From: an uncultured Trueperaceae bacterium
Lineage (GTDB): Bacteria; Deinococcota; Deinococci; Deinococcales; Trueperaceae
Assembly: GCA_963815215.1 (NCBI GenBank)
Contig: CAWFFU010000011.1
Span: forward strand, 480,001 to 544,000
Direction: 5' to 3'
DNA length: 64,000 nt
Shown here: one piece after another, positions 9,519 through 19,416 of the stretch
How the letters are laid out: every line of letters starts with the position of its first letter
Numbering within the stretch: position 1 is the first letter of the stretch
Position numbers and translations under genes: made by a program
The notes under the pieces: generated by a model
The model's database searches: none
Seen by the model: only the letters and a program-made list of their open reading frames with translations
What the model was told of the DNA's origin: nothing

Positions 9519-10064
9519 CTACCCGACCGAGGGCGCTTCGACGGGGACCGTCTCGCCGACCACCGTGGGCTGCGGCCGGACCATCATCACCGGGATGTGC
9601 AGGCGGCGCAGGACGGCCTCGGCGACGCTCCCGAGGACCAGCCGTTCGAGCCCGCTGCGGCCGTGCGTCGCCATCACGACCAAGGCCATCGCCTCGCTCT
9701 CGGCCACGTCGATGATCTCCCCGGCCGCCTCACCGAACCGGACGACGGTCGTCACGTGGAACCCCGCCTGCGTGAGCAGCTGGACCTCCGGCTCGAGATT
9801 CGCCCGCAACTCCGCCTTGAGGCCGTCCCATACCTGGCTCTGGAAGACGGGGTGGGCCTGATCGGTGTCGCCTCGTCCCATCAGCCAGCCGTCGAGCGCC
9901 AGCGGACGCGGTGGCGGACTGGACACGCCCTCGGGTGTCGACGCCACCCGCAGGAGCGTCACCGCATACGCGCTCGGGTCGAGAAGCGACCGAACGTACG
10001 GCAGCACCTGCCGGCTGAACTCCGAACCGTCCAACGGCACGAGAACCTTGCGGTCGGCCATCAC
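9519..10064 (-). CDS. Universal stress protein
   Basis: VLVPLDGS...MATHGRSGLERLVLGSVAEAVLR. Confidence 0.92.
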   Translation of the reverse strand: MMADRKVLVPLDGSEFSRQVLPYVRSLLDPSAYAVTLLRVASTPEGVSSPPPRPLALDGWLMGRGDTDQAHPVFQSQVWDGLKAELRANLEPEVQLLTQAGFHVTTVVRFGEAAGEIIDVAESEAMALVVMATHGRSGLERLVLGSVAEAVLRRLHIPVMMVRPQPTVVGETVPVEAPSVG

Positions 10065-10116
10065 GCCACCTCCTCCGGATCCCCCGAAGGTCGGGATGCC
10101 GCGCCGGGCACCCCGC

Positions 10117-10566
10117 TCACTCCTCCTGGTCGTGCGTACGGATCAACAGGAACGGCTTGCTCGATCGTCTCAGCGCGCCCTCAGCCACCGACCCGAACAT
10201 CCACCGGTTGAAGCCCCGACGGCCATGGGTCCCCATGATGACCGCATCGCACTCGCCCTCGGCATCGTGGATGGCCTGGACCGGATCGCGGTTCTCGACG
10301 AGGCGCGTCTCCACCTTCACGCCGGCCTCGCCGGCCTTGGCCGCCGCGTCGTCGAGCACGCCCTGCGCGGCGGTCTTGAGGTCCTCGTAGAGTTGCGCCG
10401 AGTACGGAAGCGTCTCGGGGGTGGCGTACCCGGTGGTCAACGGGTTCTCCAGCACGTGCAAGAACAGCACCTGAGAGCCGAGGCGCCGGGCGAGATCGAG
10501 TCCGTGCTCGATCGCGTGATTGGCGCAAGCGCTCCCGTCGGTCGGCATCAGGATCTTCTGGTACAT
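10117..10566 (-). CDS. Universal stress protein
   Basis: MYQKILMPTDGS...MGTHGRRGFNRWMFGSVAE. Confidence 0.92.
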   Translation of the reverse strand: MYQKILMPTDGSACANHAIEHGLDLARRLGSQVLFLHVLENPLTTGYATPETLPYSAQLYEDLKTAAQGVLDDAAAKAGEAGVKVETRLVENRDPVQAIHDAEGECDAVIMGTHGRRGFNRWMFGSVAEGALRRSSKPFLLIRTHDQEE

Positions 10567-11001
10567 GGCTCCGGCCTCCCTGCGAACCGCTCGCAGCGCG
10601 GTCTTGGCGACCGCCCTCGAGTTCAGCGTAGGGAGGCGTCCCCACGGGGCCATCCTGGATTGCGCCGACGCCCATGTCGGAGTTTTGCCGACGCGACCGC
10701 TTCGGGGTCCATGCTCGACTGAGAGCGGATCGAGGAGCGCGGCCGCGCCGCACCCGACAGCCCGACGCCCCAGCGCTCCTCCCCATGGTCACCGTGACCT
10801 ACCCCCGGCAACCCGCGGTCACGGTGGCCACCCTTCGCAGGTGTCCGGCGTGCCGTACCCGGCCGCCGGATGCCGCGCAGGGCGTCCCTTCCGGGGACGG
10901 GGCATCGCCGTTGGCACCTGGTTGGTGTCGGTGGCGCTCCCCAGAGCGTTCCCGCGGTCCTCGGCGTCCGGATGCATCGGGCGCACCCCCTGGGAGGCCG
11001 T

Positions 11002-11205
11002 ATGATCGCCGTCGCCTGCCCTATCTGCGAAGCCGTCATCGAGCTCGAGGATCCGATCCTGGACGCCACCCTGGTCTGCCCCGAATGCGGTGAGGAGTGG
11101 CGCCTGGTCGCCGTCGACCCGCCCGAGCTGGTCTACGCCCGGGACATGGAGGAGGAGGTCGCTATCGACCCCGACGAGGACCATCCTCGCGAGAGTCCCG
11201 CCTGA
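11002..11205 (+). CDS. LysW-like zinc-ribbon protein lacking the C-terminal EDWGE motif
   Basis: CPICEA-x13-CPECG..RLVAVDPPEL, acidic tail; SD GGGAGG. Confidence 0.7.
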   Translation: MIAVACPICEAVIELEDPILDATLVCPECGEEWRLVAVDPPELVYARDMEEEVAIDPDEDHPRESPA

Positions 11206-11289
11206 CGCTACCCCCTCCCTACAACGTCGAGTGGGGGCGGCCTATCGGGCCGCCCCCGCGTCGTGTTCGCCGCCGCCCCGGACCGCGAC

Positions 11290-11841
11290 TCAGTCGTCGG
11301 CCACCGGCCGCCCCAACTCCGGGTCGGACCCCACCGCCGCCGCTTCGAGACGATCGGCGATGCGCGTCGCCCACAGCTCCACGCGCGCGAAATTGCGGAA
11401 GTCGCCACTCACGGCCCGCATCGAGCGATTGATCAACCAGTCCTGGAGGTTGAGCACGTCGGGATCGATCTTGCCGGCGAAGAGGGCGATGTCGAGTGGT
11501 CGCACCGACATCACCAGCCCGCGCAGCTCGTCCGGGTAGACCCAGCCGGCCAGCGCCTCGACCGGATCGCCGGGCGTGGTGGGCCCGCTGGAGAAGAGCC
11601 ACACCGGGAGCGCGCTCAGCTCCTCCTGATAGCTCTCCAACAGCTCACGGGCGTCCTCCAGCCAACCGCCGGAGTACAGCGCGCTACCCAGCACCACGGC
11701 CCGGTATCCCTCCAGCCGCGCGACCTCGCCGGCCGGCCGGACGTCTACGGCGCTGCCACGCTCCCGTAGCACCCTGCCGATCGCCTCGGCGATCTCCCGG
11801 GTGGCTCCATACCGGCTGGCGTAGGCGATGAGGATCGGCAC
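11290..11841 (-). CDS. Flavodoxin-domain protein (HemG/Flavodoxin_5-like)
   Basis: IAYASRYGATREIA FMN loop, VVLGSALYSGGW, WLFSSGP, GDFRN. Confidence 0.85.
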   Translation of the reverse strand: MPILIAYASRYGATREIAEAIGRVLRERGSAVDVRPAGEVARLEGYRAVVLGSALYSGGWLEDARELLESYQEELSALPVWLFSSGPTTPGDPVEALAGWVYPDELRGLVMSVRPLDIALFAGKIDPDVLNLQDWLINRSMRAVSGDFRNFARVELWATRIADRLEAAAVGSDPELGRPVADD

Positions 11842-11883
11842 CAGGCACCTCCGCGCTCCATCGATGGTCGCGCTGTCACACCG

Positions 11884-11926
11884 ACGGTAGTGCCGATGGC
11901 TGGGCCACCCCAGGGCGAATCGTCCG
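11884..11926 (-). promoter_or_regulatory. DosR-box-like site plus -10 (flavodoxin)
   Basis: CGGACGATTCGCCC (11926-11913), 23 nt, TACCGT. Confidence 0.4.
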
Positions 11927-11974
11927 ACACCCCCTGTAGGATTTTGCCGGACGCTCGACGCGATCCCGCCGGCC

Positions 11975-12289
11975 TCAGCTCTGCTCGTCCAGCACGTCCT
12001 CGAGCCAGGTCATGGCACGCATCATGGAGGGGAACCCGAGGGTCGTCGTCGCCTGCAGGACCGCGTGGCGAAGCTCCGAAGCGCCGATGCCGGCCTTCAG
12101 TGCGCGCCGGGCATGACTGTGGAGCGCCCCTTCGTGCGCCGATCCCACGGCCAGCGCGAACTTCACCAGACGCTGCTCGCGTTCGCTCAACGGGCCGGCG
12201 TCGGTGGCGGCCCGGCCGAGGCTCTCGTAGGCCCCGACGACGTCGGGATAGCGTTCCTTCAGGCGTTCGTACGGTTTGGGGCGGCTCAT
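11975..12289 (-). CDS. Carboxymuconolactone decarboxylase (CMD) family protein
   Basis: GPLSEREQRLVKFALAVG...HSHARRALKAG...TTLGFP. Confidence 0.8.
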   Translation of the reverse strand: MSRPKPYERLKERYPDVVGAYESLGRAATDAGPLSEREQRLVKFALAVGSAHEGALHSHARRALKAGIGASELRHAVLQATTTLGFPSMMRAMTWLEDVLDEQS

Positions 12290-12495
12290 GGGTACGCTCC
12301 TCTCGGGGGTTCTCGTGCGTAGGTCCGTCGTGTATAGGTCCGTCGCGCGCCGGCCGGGGGCCGGTCCAGACGGTCGGGATGGCGTGCCGACCGCGCGCGC
12401 CCGTATCGCCCCCCATGCTACCTGCGGGCGCGACACGACAGCGGGCGGAGCCCGTACGCGCCGGGCCCCGCCCAGGGATGTCGCTGGCCGGCGCC

Positions 12496-12945
12496 CTAGT
12501 GGGCGACCGGGAGACCGGCGCTCGTCCAGGCGCCGAGGCCGCCGGCGATGTTCTTGACGTTCGAGTAGCCGAGCATCTTCAGGTACAGCGTGCCGTAGAA
12601 GCCGCGCGTGCCGGCCGCGCAGTACACCAGGATCGGCTCGTCGAGGTTCGAGGGGAGCTTGTCCAGACTGTTCGCGAGGTCCGTGATCGGCACCAGAACC
12701 GCGCCCTGGATATGGCCGTTCTGATCCCACTCACTCTGGTTGCGCACGTCGAGGAGGAAGGGCTGGATGGCGTCGATCTGCTGCAGCGCCGCCGCCGGGT
12801 TGACCTGCAACCAGCCGGCCTGGCTGGCTTCGGCGATGACCTTGGCGAACGCCTCGGAGCCGGGCGTCGGGGCGGGACCCTGCGCGAAGGCAGGGATCGT
12901 CGCGAGGAGGAAGAAGGCTGCGAGCGTGGCGAGGATACGTCTCAT
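12496..12945 (-). CDS. Exported single-domain rhodanese (sulfurtransferase, Sud-like)
   Basis: Signal peptide ending AFA-Q; LDVR, GHIQGA, active-site YCAAGTRG, GGLGAW. Confidence 0.88.
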   Translation of the reverse strand: MRRILATLAAFFLLATIPAFAQGPAPTPGSEAFAKVIAEASQAGWLQVNPAAALQQIDAIQPFLLDVRNQSEWDQNGHIQGAVLVPITDLANSLDKLPSNLDEPILVYCAAGTRGFYGTLYLKMLGYSNVKNIAGGLGAWTSAGLPVAH

Positions 12946-13003
12946 GACAGGTGTTCTCCTTTCTCTAGGGGTTCGGACCCCCTTGGAGACGATGGTTCGG
13001 GGT

Positions 13004-13047
13004 GGGCCCGCGCTGGGCCCCGGACGTCGCGGGCCCAGCGCGGGCCC
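13004..13047. repeat. Perfect 17-bp inverted repeat between psrC and rhodanese (terminator or mRNA stabiliser)
   Basis: GGGCCCGCGCTGGGCCC-N10-GGGCCCAGCGCGGGCCC. Confidence 0.75.
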
Positions 13048-13054
13048 GTGGACG

Positions 13055-13861
13055 TCACGACAGAGGCGGCATGAAGGCTCCGATCTCGACCAACAGCGTG
13101 CGGGCGAGCACCGCACCTGCCACCACCAGCACACCGGCCACCGCCGGATAGCGGCGAAGCAGGGCCGGGCCCAGCAGCATGGCGGCGAGCGCCGCCACGA
13201 ACAGCGTGCCGCCCTCGTGCCACAGGTGACTCAACCCTTCGCGTGCGGCCAGCCCGCCGACGGCGAGACCGACCAGGTAGAGACCGCCCAGTAGCCCGCC
13301 TCCGAGCCCCAGCACAGCCACGGCCGGGCGCAGGTCGTTCTGCCGGAACAGCAGGGCCAGACCCCAGGCCAGCAGCAACCCGGTCACCGGCATGAACGCC
13401 AGCAGCAGCGGCGTCCACAGCGGCCTCGCGCTGTTGGCGGCGAGCGCCAGTCCCGGATACAGCAGCGCCATCGTCGAGGTCACCGCCAGCAGGGCTCCCC
13501 ACAGCCGCCTGGGTCCCCATCCGAAGGCGAGCAGGAGCCCGAGAACGGCCGAGCCGGCCAGGCCCCACGCCCCCCACCAGATGGCCGAAGCCGGACGGAC
13601 GCTGAGGAACAGGTAGACGTGCGTCAGACGCCAGCGCGCCAGCGACTCGGCCCACAGCACCACCATGTCCAACGCGATGAGGCCGACCGAGAGGGCGGGG
13701 AGGCGCCAGCCGAGACGGTCCCGCCCGAGCGCACGGTAAGCAAGCAACATCGCGACGCCGCCCGCTAAGGCCACGAGGCAGAAGTGGACGAGGGTGGGCC
13801 AGTGCCAGAAGGCACCGTCGTTGACTGCGCCGTAGAAGGTCGTCACGGGATCTCCCGTCAC
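13055..13861 (-). CDS. psrC: NrfD/PsrC family membrane anchor subunit
   Basis: FWHWPTLVHF, SAIWWGAWGL, LLYPGLALAAN.ARPLW; Thermus PsrC-like; operon context. Confidence 0.82.
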   Translation of the reverse strand: MTGDPVTTFYGAVNDGAFWHWPTLVHFCLVALAGGVAMLLAYRALGRDRLGWRLPALSVGLIALDMVVLWAESLARWRLTHVYLFLSVRPASAIWWGAWGLAGSAVLGLLLAFGWGPRRLWGALLAVTSTMALLYPGLALAANSARPLWTPLLLAFMPVTGLLLAWGLALLFRQNDLRPAVAVLGLGGGLLGGLYLVGLAVGGLAAREGLSHLWHEGGTLFVAALAAMLLGPALLRRYPAVAGVLVVAGAVLARTLLVEIGAFMPPLS

Positions 13862-14442
13862 CGGAGCACCCCCTCTCGCGTGAGCCCGAAGCGGGCGGGA
13901 GCGTTGAGGTACACGAGCTTCGGGTGGGTCCCCTGCTCGGGCTTGAGGACCTCGACCCGCTGCGCGGCCCGGATGGCGCGACTCACGTCACTGTTCGGAT
14001 CGTCGAGGTCGCCGAAGGAGCGACACAGGGTGGGGCAGGTCTCCACGCACGCCGGTACGCGGCCCTCGGCGAGCCGGTGCTCGCAGAAGGTGCACTTGCC
14101 GACGAAGCCGCGCTCGTCGAAGTAGCGCGCCCCGTACGGGCACGCGGCGATGCAAGCGCCGCAGGCGATGCAGGTCTCGGCGTCCACCAGCACGATGCCG
14201 TCGTCGGTGACGTGACTGGCCCCGGTCGGACAGACCCCGACGCAGGGCGGGTCCGCGCACTGCATGCACTGCTCCGGTCGGTACTGCATGGCGAGATCGG
14301 GGAAGGTGCCCGACTCCTCGAGCCGGATCCACAACCGGCTCACGCCGGCCGGGACCTCGTTCTCGAGCTTGCAGGCGACGGCGCATGCGGCGCACCCGAC
14401 GCAGGACGACAGGTCGATCGCCATGGCGTAGCGGGCCATCAC
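13858..14442 (-). CDS. psrB: 4x[4Fe-4S] electron-transfer subunit
   Basis: CVGCAACAVAC, CMQCADPPCVGVCP, CIACGACIAACP, KCTFC...PACVETCP. Confidence 0.88.
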   Translation of the reverse strand: MMARYAMAIDLSSCVGCAACAVACKLENEVPAGVSRLWIRLEESGTFPDLAMQYRPEQCMQCADPPCVGVCPTGASHVTDDGIVLVDAETCIACGACIAACPYGARYFDERGFVGKCTFCEHRLAEGRVPACVETCPTLCRSFGDLDDPNSDVSRAIRAAQRVEVLKPEQGTHPKLVYLNAPARFGLTREGVLR

Positions 14443-16745
14443 ACGCTCCTCTCGGCCAGCTTGGTGAGGCGCGGCAGCCGCGGCCGCGGCGCACCTGGCA
14501 CGAGCTTGACGAAGTTCACGCGCAGGCCGGCTCCGCCCGAGATGGGGTCGAGTCGGTAGCGGCTCATCAGAGCGGTGTCGGACGCTCCGCGGGCGTTCGC
14601 GATCTTCATGTCGGCGGCACGGTGCCCGAAGCCGTGCACCATGTAGACGCAGTCGCGACGCAAGCGCTCGGTGGCGAACACGGCGATCGGGCCGTCACGC
14701 ACGCCGTCCTGGTTCTCGAGCCAGACGTAGTCGCCACTCTTCAGTCCGAGCGAGGCCGCCTCGGCGGTGTGGATCCACACGGCGTTGTCGCCGTGCATCT
14801 CCATCAGCACCCAGTTGTTCTGGGTCTTGGCGAAGGTGTGCACCGGGCTGCGCCCGTAGAGCAGGCGGTAGCTCCCGGCGGGACCCTCCTCGGGCGCCTC
14901 ATACACCGGCATCGGTTCGAAGCCGGCGTCGGCGAACGACTGCGAGTACAGCTCGATCTTCCCCGACGGCGTGCCGAAGGGATCGAGGTTGCGCTGCTCC
15001 CAGTCGCTGAGGTAGGGGCGGCCGCGCTGCACCAGCGTGCCCACCTGCTTGGCCTTGGCCAGGCTCGAGCCGATGGTGCTCAGCCGCTTGTCGAGGTAGG
15101 TCTCGATGTCGGGCCAGTCGAAGTACTTCTCCAGGCCCAGCCTGAGACCCAGCTCGCGCGCGATCCACCACCCCGGCTTGGTGTCCCACAGGGGTTCGAC
15201 CGCGGGTTGCCGCAACTCGATGAAGGGAGTCTTGTGGGCGATCTCCACCAGATCGTCGTAGCGCTCGAGGTAGGTGGCCTCCGGCAGGATGACGTCGGCC
15301 CACATGACGTGGTCCATGGGGAGCACGTCGATGGCCACGTAGAGGTCGAGCTTCTTGAGCGCCTCCTGGGTACGCGCCACGTTGGGGATGGAGTGGAACA
15401 GGTTCACGCCGTAGGCGATCAGTCCGGCGATGCGGTAGGGCTCGCCGGAGATCATGGCGGGGATGAGCTCCTGCACCGCCGTGGTCTTGGCGAAGAACTT
15501 GCCGTGATCGACCGAGGCGCGGTAGCCGGTGTCGATGGTCTCGCCGCCCGAGGCGCCGGAGCAGCCGCCGGAGGCGGGCTCGAGCGGGAAGGCGGCGTGC
15601 GGGTACTTCTCGATGTAGGGCGGTTGTGCGAAGTAGAAGCCGCCCTCCACGCCGTAGTTGCCCAGCAGCGTGTTGACCAGGTAGAGCGCCCGCATGCGTT
15701 GGGTGTCGTTCCCGTACCAGACGGTGTGCCTTCCCGGCGGCACCACCGCGCGCGGAGCGTGCGCGGCGAGCTCGCGGGCCACGGCACGGATGGCGTCCGC
15801 GTCCAGGTCGGTGATGGGCGCCGCCCACTCGGGCGTGAACGGTTGCACGTGCGCCGTGAGCTCCTCGATGCCGACGGTGTAGCGCTCGACGTAGGCCTTG
15901 TCGTACAGCCCCTCGGTGACCAGCACGTTCAGCCAGGCAAGCAACAATGCGGTGTCGGTGCCCGGCTTGATCGGCAACCAGCGGTCGGCCTTCGAGGCCG
16001 CCACCGAGAAGCGCGGATCGACGACCACCAGCTTCGCCCCGCGCTTGAGCGCGAGGCTGAAGTCCTGGAGCTGGGTGTTGTGGGTGTCCTCGCCGATGTG
16101 GTGTCCGACGAGCACGATGTAGTCGGTGTTCTCCCAGTCGATGGGCTCGTGCCCGCCGATGCCGCGCCCGAACGTCCATTGCGCCGCGGTCTCGCGCGGG
16201 CCGGTGCACAGCGACACCGACGGCTTGCCGACGTTGGGAGTGGCCCACGCCGCCGGCAGGTAGTCACCGAACCAGCTGTCACCGCTGCCGTGCGCGAAGA
16301 AGGCCATCGACTCGCTGCCGTAGCGCTCCTTGATGGCGAGCATGCCCGACGCGATCACGGACAGCGCCTCGTCCCAGGTCGCCTCGCGGTACTTGCCCTC
16401 GCCGCGTTCGCTGCCCTCCATGCGGATGAGGGGCCGCTTCAGGCGATCGGGATCGTAGGTCTGCGCCACCGCGCCCTGGCCCCGCGGACACAAGCGGCCG
16501 CGGGACTTCGGGTTCTTCGTGTAGCCGTCGACCTTCCACACCCGGCCGTCGGCCACCGACGCGCGGACCCCACACTTCCAGAAGCAGTTCTCGCAGTAGG
16601 TGAGGACGGTGCTGACCTCACCGTCGTACCAGGCCTTCGGCGCTCGTGCCAGCGGGTTGGGCAGCTTCAGGGCCTGCGTCTCCGAGGCCACCATCAATGC
16701 GCCCACCGAGGCGGCAGACAACTTGAGGAACTCTCGCCGTTTCAT
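14439..16745 (-). CDS. psrA: Mo/W-bisPGD oxidoreductase catalytic subunit, polysulfide/thiosulfate reductase type
   Basis: Tat signal KRREFLK, CENCFWKC...LCPRG Fe-S motif, SLCTGPRE metal-ligand Cys region, ADVILPEATYLER. Confidence 0.85.
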   Translation of the reverse strand: MKRREFLKLSAASVGALMVASETQALKLPNPLARAPKAWYDGEVSTVLTYCENCFWKCGVRASVADGRVWKVDGYTKNPKSRGRLCPRGQGAVAQTYDPDRLKRPLIRMEGSERGEGKYREATWDEALSVIASGMLAIKERYGSESMAFFAHGSGDSWFGDYLPAAWATPNVGKPSVSLCTGPRETAAQWTFGRGIGGHEPIDWENTDYIVLVGHHIGEDTHNTQLQDFSLALKRGAKLVVVDPRFSVAASKADRWLPIKPGTDTALLLAWLNVLVTEGLYDKAYVERYTVGIEELTAHVQPFTPEWAAPITDLDADAIRAVARELAAHAPRAVVPPGRHTVWYGNDTQRMRALYLVNTLLGNYGVEGGFYFAQPPYIEKYPHAAFPLEPASGGCSGASGGETIDTGYRASVDHGKFFAKTTAVQELIPAMISGEPYRIAGLIAYGVNLFHSIPNVARTQEALKKLDLYVAIDVLPMDHVMWADVILPEATYLERYDDLVEIAHKTPFIELRQPAVEPLWDTKPGWWIARELGLRLGLEKYFDWPDIETYLDKRLSTIGSSLAKAKQVGTLVQRGRPYLSDWEQRNLDPFGTPSGKIELYSQSFADAGFEPMPVYEAPEEGPAGSYRLLYGRSPVHTFAKTQNNWVLMEMHGDNAVWIHTAEAASLGLKSGDYVWLENQDGVRDGPIAVFATERLRRDCVYMVHGFGHRAADMKIANARGASDTALMSRYRLDPISGGAGLRVNFVKLVPGAPRPRLPRLTKLAERSV

Positions 16746-17356
16746 GCTCTGGGGGCAACCTCCTTCAGGACGGACCGCAGGAAGCGGCTCATCTCACCGT
16801 AGAAACCGCTGTCGTCGGCCGCCGCCACGGCGTCGGCGAAGCGAACGAACCAGGCGCACAGGTAGGTCGAGGTCAGCGCCATGGCGGCCCCCACGCGGTT
16901 GCGCTCGAGCAGGAGCTCGACCGCCTCCGCCACGGCGGCAAGGTGATCGGGCAACTCTCGCCAATGCGGATTCGGGCGTAACCCGAGCGCCTCCAGGTCG
17001 GAACGCAGGCGGCGTACGGTGGGGCCCATGAGCTCCACGTCGTGCGCCAGTCCCACATAGGGGGGAGCCGGGACGCCGCCGACGCGGCTCACGAAGAGCG
17101 AGACGTAGCTGGAACGGAGCGTGTCGAAGTCGGGAGGCGCATGCGGGCCGCGCGGCGCGTCGAGCCCGGTGTAGTGTGCCAGAGCGTCGCTGACCTTCCC
17201 CAGTCGGCCGCTCGCCAGATCTTCCCTCAGGCCTTCGGCCGGCGAGCGATAGAGAGCGGCTACGATCTGACAGGCCGCGCCCAGGGCGTCCGCCGTTCGT
17301 TCGCCGTAGATTGGCCCATGCGGGCCCTTCGGATCGAGTGGGTCCAACCCCTCCAT
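16742..17356 (-). CDS. TorD/DmsD family molybdoenzyme chaperone
   Basis: YVSLFV, APPY, ELPDHLA motif; first gene of psr operon; SD GGGGAGG. Confidence 0.82.
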   Translation of the reverse strand: MEGLDPLDPKGPHGPIYGERTADALGAACQIVAALYRSPAEGLREDLASGRLGKVSDALAHYTGLDAPRGPHAPPDFDTLRSSYVSLFVSRVGGVPAPPYVGLAHDVELMGPTVRRLRSDLEALGLRPNPHWRELPDHLAAVAEAVELLLERNRVGAAMALTSTYLCAWFVRFADAVAAADDSGFYGEMSRFLRSVLKEVAPRA

Positions 17357-17381
17357 CGACACAACCTCCCCAACCGCCTCA

Positions 17382-17585
17382 ACGCTAGGGAGCGGGGTGG
17401 GGGCAGGCCAAGGGCTAAACGTCCCCCACGACATCGCTGCGCTCTGGCGGGGCGGCAAGGAGGCCGTGGCGGAGGCGGTCGGGCGGGGTCGCCCGGGACC
17501 CGGCGGACGCCGAGGCGCAACTCGGTTCCCACCAGTCCCGCTAGGACATTCTTACCTGTACCCGGCTCGCGGCCGCACCTAGCAT
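17382..17585. promoter_or_regulatory. Divergent psr/hyp promoters, each with a DosR-box-like site
   Basis: Minus: GGGACGTTTAGCCC (17425-17412), 24 nt, TAGCGT; plus: AGGACATTCTTACC (17543-17556), 23 nt, TAGCAT. Confidence 0.5.
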
Positions 17586-17686
17586 GAGCCGAGGGTGTCC
17601 TGCGTGAGAGCTTCCTAGCACGACCGAGGCGCGGGTTGCGCCCGCCGGGTCGGCCCGTTTCGGCCGCCCCGGGGGAGAGGCTCGAG

Positions 17687-18352
17687 ATGACGAAGAATCC
17701 GGTCAAAGGTCGGCGCAAGGAGCCCAGGAGGGGCACCTCCAAGGCGTCCGCGACGCGCAAGCGTGGGCCCGCCGACGAGGACGGGGCCGCGCAGGACCCT
17801 CGACCGGTGCTGCTGCTGGGGGTGGGCAACATCCTGTACGGCGACGAGGGCCTGGGCGTCTACATCGTGCACAGGCTGCGCCGCGCGTACAAGATCCCCT
17901 CCGCGCTGAGGATCATCGACGGAGGCGCCGCCGGCTGGCACCTCGAGCCCTACATCGCCGAGGCCCGGCGCGTCGTCATCGTCGACGCGGTCGCCGGCCA
18001 GGCCGGGTCGATCTACCGCTTCAGCCATCGCGATATCCCGGCGTGCATCCAGAAGAACACCCTGATGTCCCACGAGTTGGAGGTCGGCGAGCTGCTGAAG
18101 GCCATGGAGGCCCAGGGCGCTCTTCCGCCCACGCGCATCATCGCCATGGGCGTGACGCCGGCCAGCGCTCCGCTGGATCACCTGTCGATGGGGCTGTCCC
18201 CCGAGGTCGAGAGCCGCCTTCCCGCCCTGGAGCTGGTGCTGCTGGCGGAGCTCGCCGACGCCGGCATGCTGTTGGAACCGCGTAGCCGTCCGCTCGCCGA
18301 TGGGCACGGACCGTCGAACGATCGACGGCCGCGCCGTGGGCAGCATGCATGA
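17687..18352 (+). CDS. [NiFe]-hydrogenase maturation protease (HyaD/HybD family)
   Basis: LGVGNILYGDEGLG, IIDGG, IVDA, SH motif. Confidence 0.9.
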   Translation: MTKNPVKGRRKEPRRGTSKASATRKRGPADEDGAAQDPRPVLLLGVGNILYGDEGLGVYIVHRLRRAYKIPSALRIIDGGAAGWHLEPYIAEARRVVIVDAVAGQAGSIYRFSHRDIPACIQKNTLMSHELEVGELLKAMEAQGALPPTRIIAMGVTPASAPLDHLSMGLSPEVESRLPALELVLLAELADAGMLLEPRSRPLADGHGPSNDRRPRRGQHA

Positions 18353-18692
18353 ACTCTCCATCGCGCGCTCCGTCGTAGATCTCGCCGTCCAAGCCGCAGA
18401 CGACGACCGCGCCGAGCGCATCCTGCGCGTCGGCGTGCGGGTGGGCGCCTTCGCCGGCGTCGACGCCGGGGCGCTCGACGCCGCCTTCTCGGTGGCGCGC
18501 CTCGGCACGCCCGCCGCGGCGGCCGAGCTGGAGATCGAGGCCGTCCCCCTGGTGTGCCACTGCGAGAGCTGCGCCGTCGACTTCGAGGTCGACGATCGGC
18601 ACGGCATCGCGCGCTGTCCACGGTGCGGGGTGACGAGCGGTGACATCCGGAGCGGCATGGAGCTAGAAGTGAGCTTCGTTGAGGTGGTGTGA
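18345..18692 (+). CDS. hypA: Hydrogenase nickel metallochaperone HypA
   Basis: MHELSIA N-terminus, CESC and CPRC zinc motifs. Confidence 0.95.
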   Translation: MHELSIARSVVDLAVQAADDDRAERILRVGVRVGAFAGVDAGALDAAFSVARLGTPAAAAELEIEAVPLVCHCESCAVDFEVDDRHGIARCPRCGVTSGDIRSGMELEVSFVEVV

Positions 18693-18693
18693 C

Positions 18694-19416
18694 ATGACCG
18701 ACCGACGTACCATCGGCATCAGCCTGCTGTCCGATCGCGACGACGACCGCGGACGCCTGCTCGAGGTGGAGAAGGGCGTGCTGGCCCGCAATCAGGAGAT
18801 CGCCACGATGAACCGCGCGCGCTTCGCCGCGCTGGGCCTCACGGTCCTGAACGTGGTCTCGTCGCCGGGATCGGGCAAGACCGCCTTCCTGGCGCGCCTG
18901 CTGCGCGACCGGCGCGACCTTCGTGCCGCGGTCATCGTCGGCGACCTCGCTACGGACAACGACGCCGAGCGACTCAGGGAGGGCGGCGCCGACGTGGTCC
19001 AGATCACCACCGGCGGCGTGTGCCACCTCGAGGCCGCCATGGTCTCGGGCGCCGCGGATCGCCTCGAGCTCACGGGCAAGCGGCTGCTGATCATCGAGAA
19101 CGTCGGCAACCTGGTCTGCCCTGCCGCGTACGACCTCGGCGAGGGGCTTCGCGTGGTGCTGGTCTCGGTCACCGAGGGCGAGGACAAGCCGCTGAAGTAC
19201 CCGCGCATGTTCAAGACCGCCGACCTCGTGGTGATCAACAAGATCGACATCGCCGAGGCCGTGGGCTTCGACGCGGAGGCGCTGCACGCCAACCTCGCGG
19301 CGGTGTGCCCGCAGGCGACGGTGTTCGAGGTGTCGGCGCGCACCGGTGCGGGGATGCCGGCCTTCTACACGCATCTCGAACGTCATCTCGCGCAGGAGGC
19401 CGTTCCCCTTGGCTGA
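18694..19416 (+). CDS. hypB: Hydrogenase nickel incorporation GTPase HypB
   Basis: SSPGSGKT, CHLEA, ENVGNLVCPA, EGEDKPLKYP, NKID. Confidence 0.95.
   Translation: MTDRRTIGISLLSDRDDDRGRLLEVEKGVLARNQEIATMNRARFAALGLTVLNVVSSPGSGKTAFLARLLRDRRDLRAAVIVGDLATDNDAERLREGGADVVQITTGGVCHLEAAMVSGAADRLELTGKRLLIIENVGNLVCPAAYDLGEGLRVVLVSVTEGEDKPLKYPRMFKTADLVVINKIDIAEAVGFDAEALHANLAAVCPQATVFEVSARTGAGMPAFYTHLERHLAQEAVPLG

Noticed and set aside
11002..11205. Calling this gene lysW
   Set aside because: Lacks the essential C-terminal EDWGE and the lys operon context.
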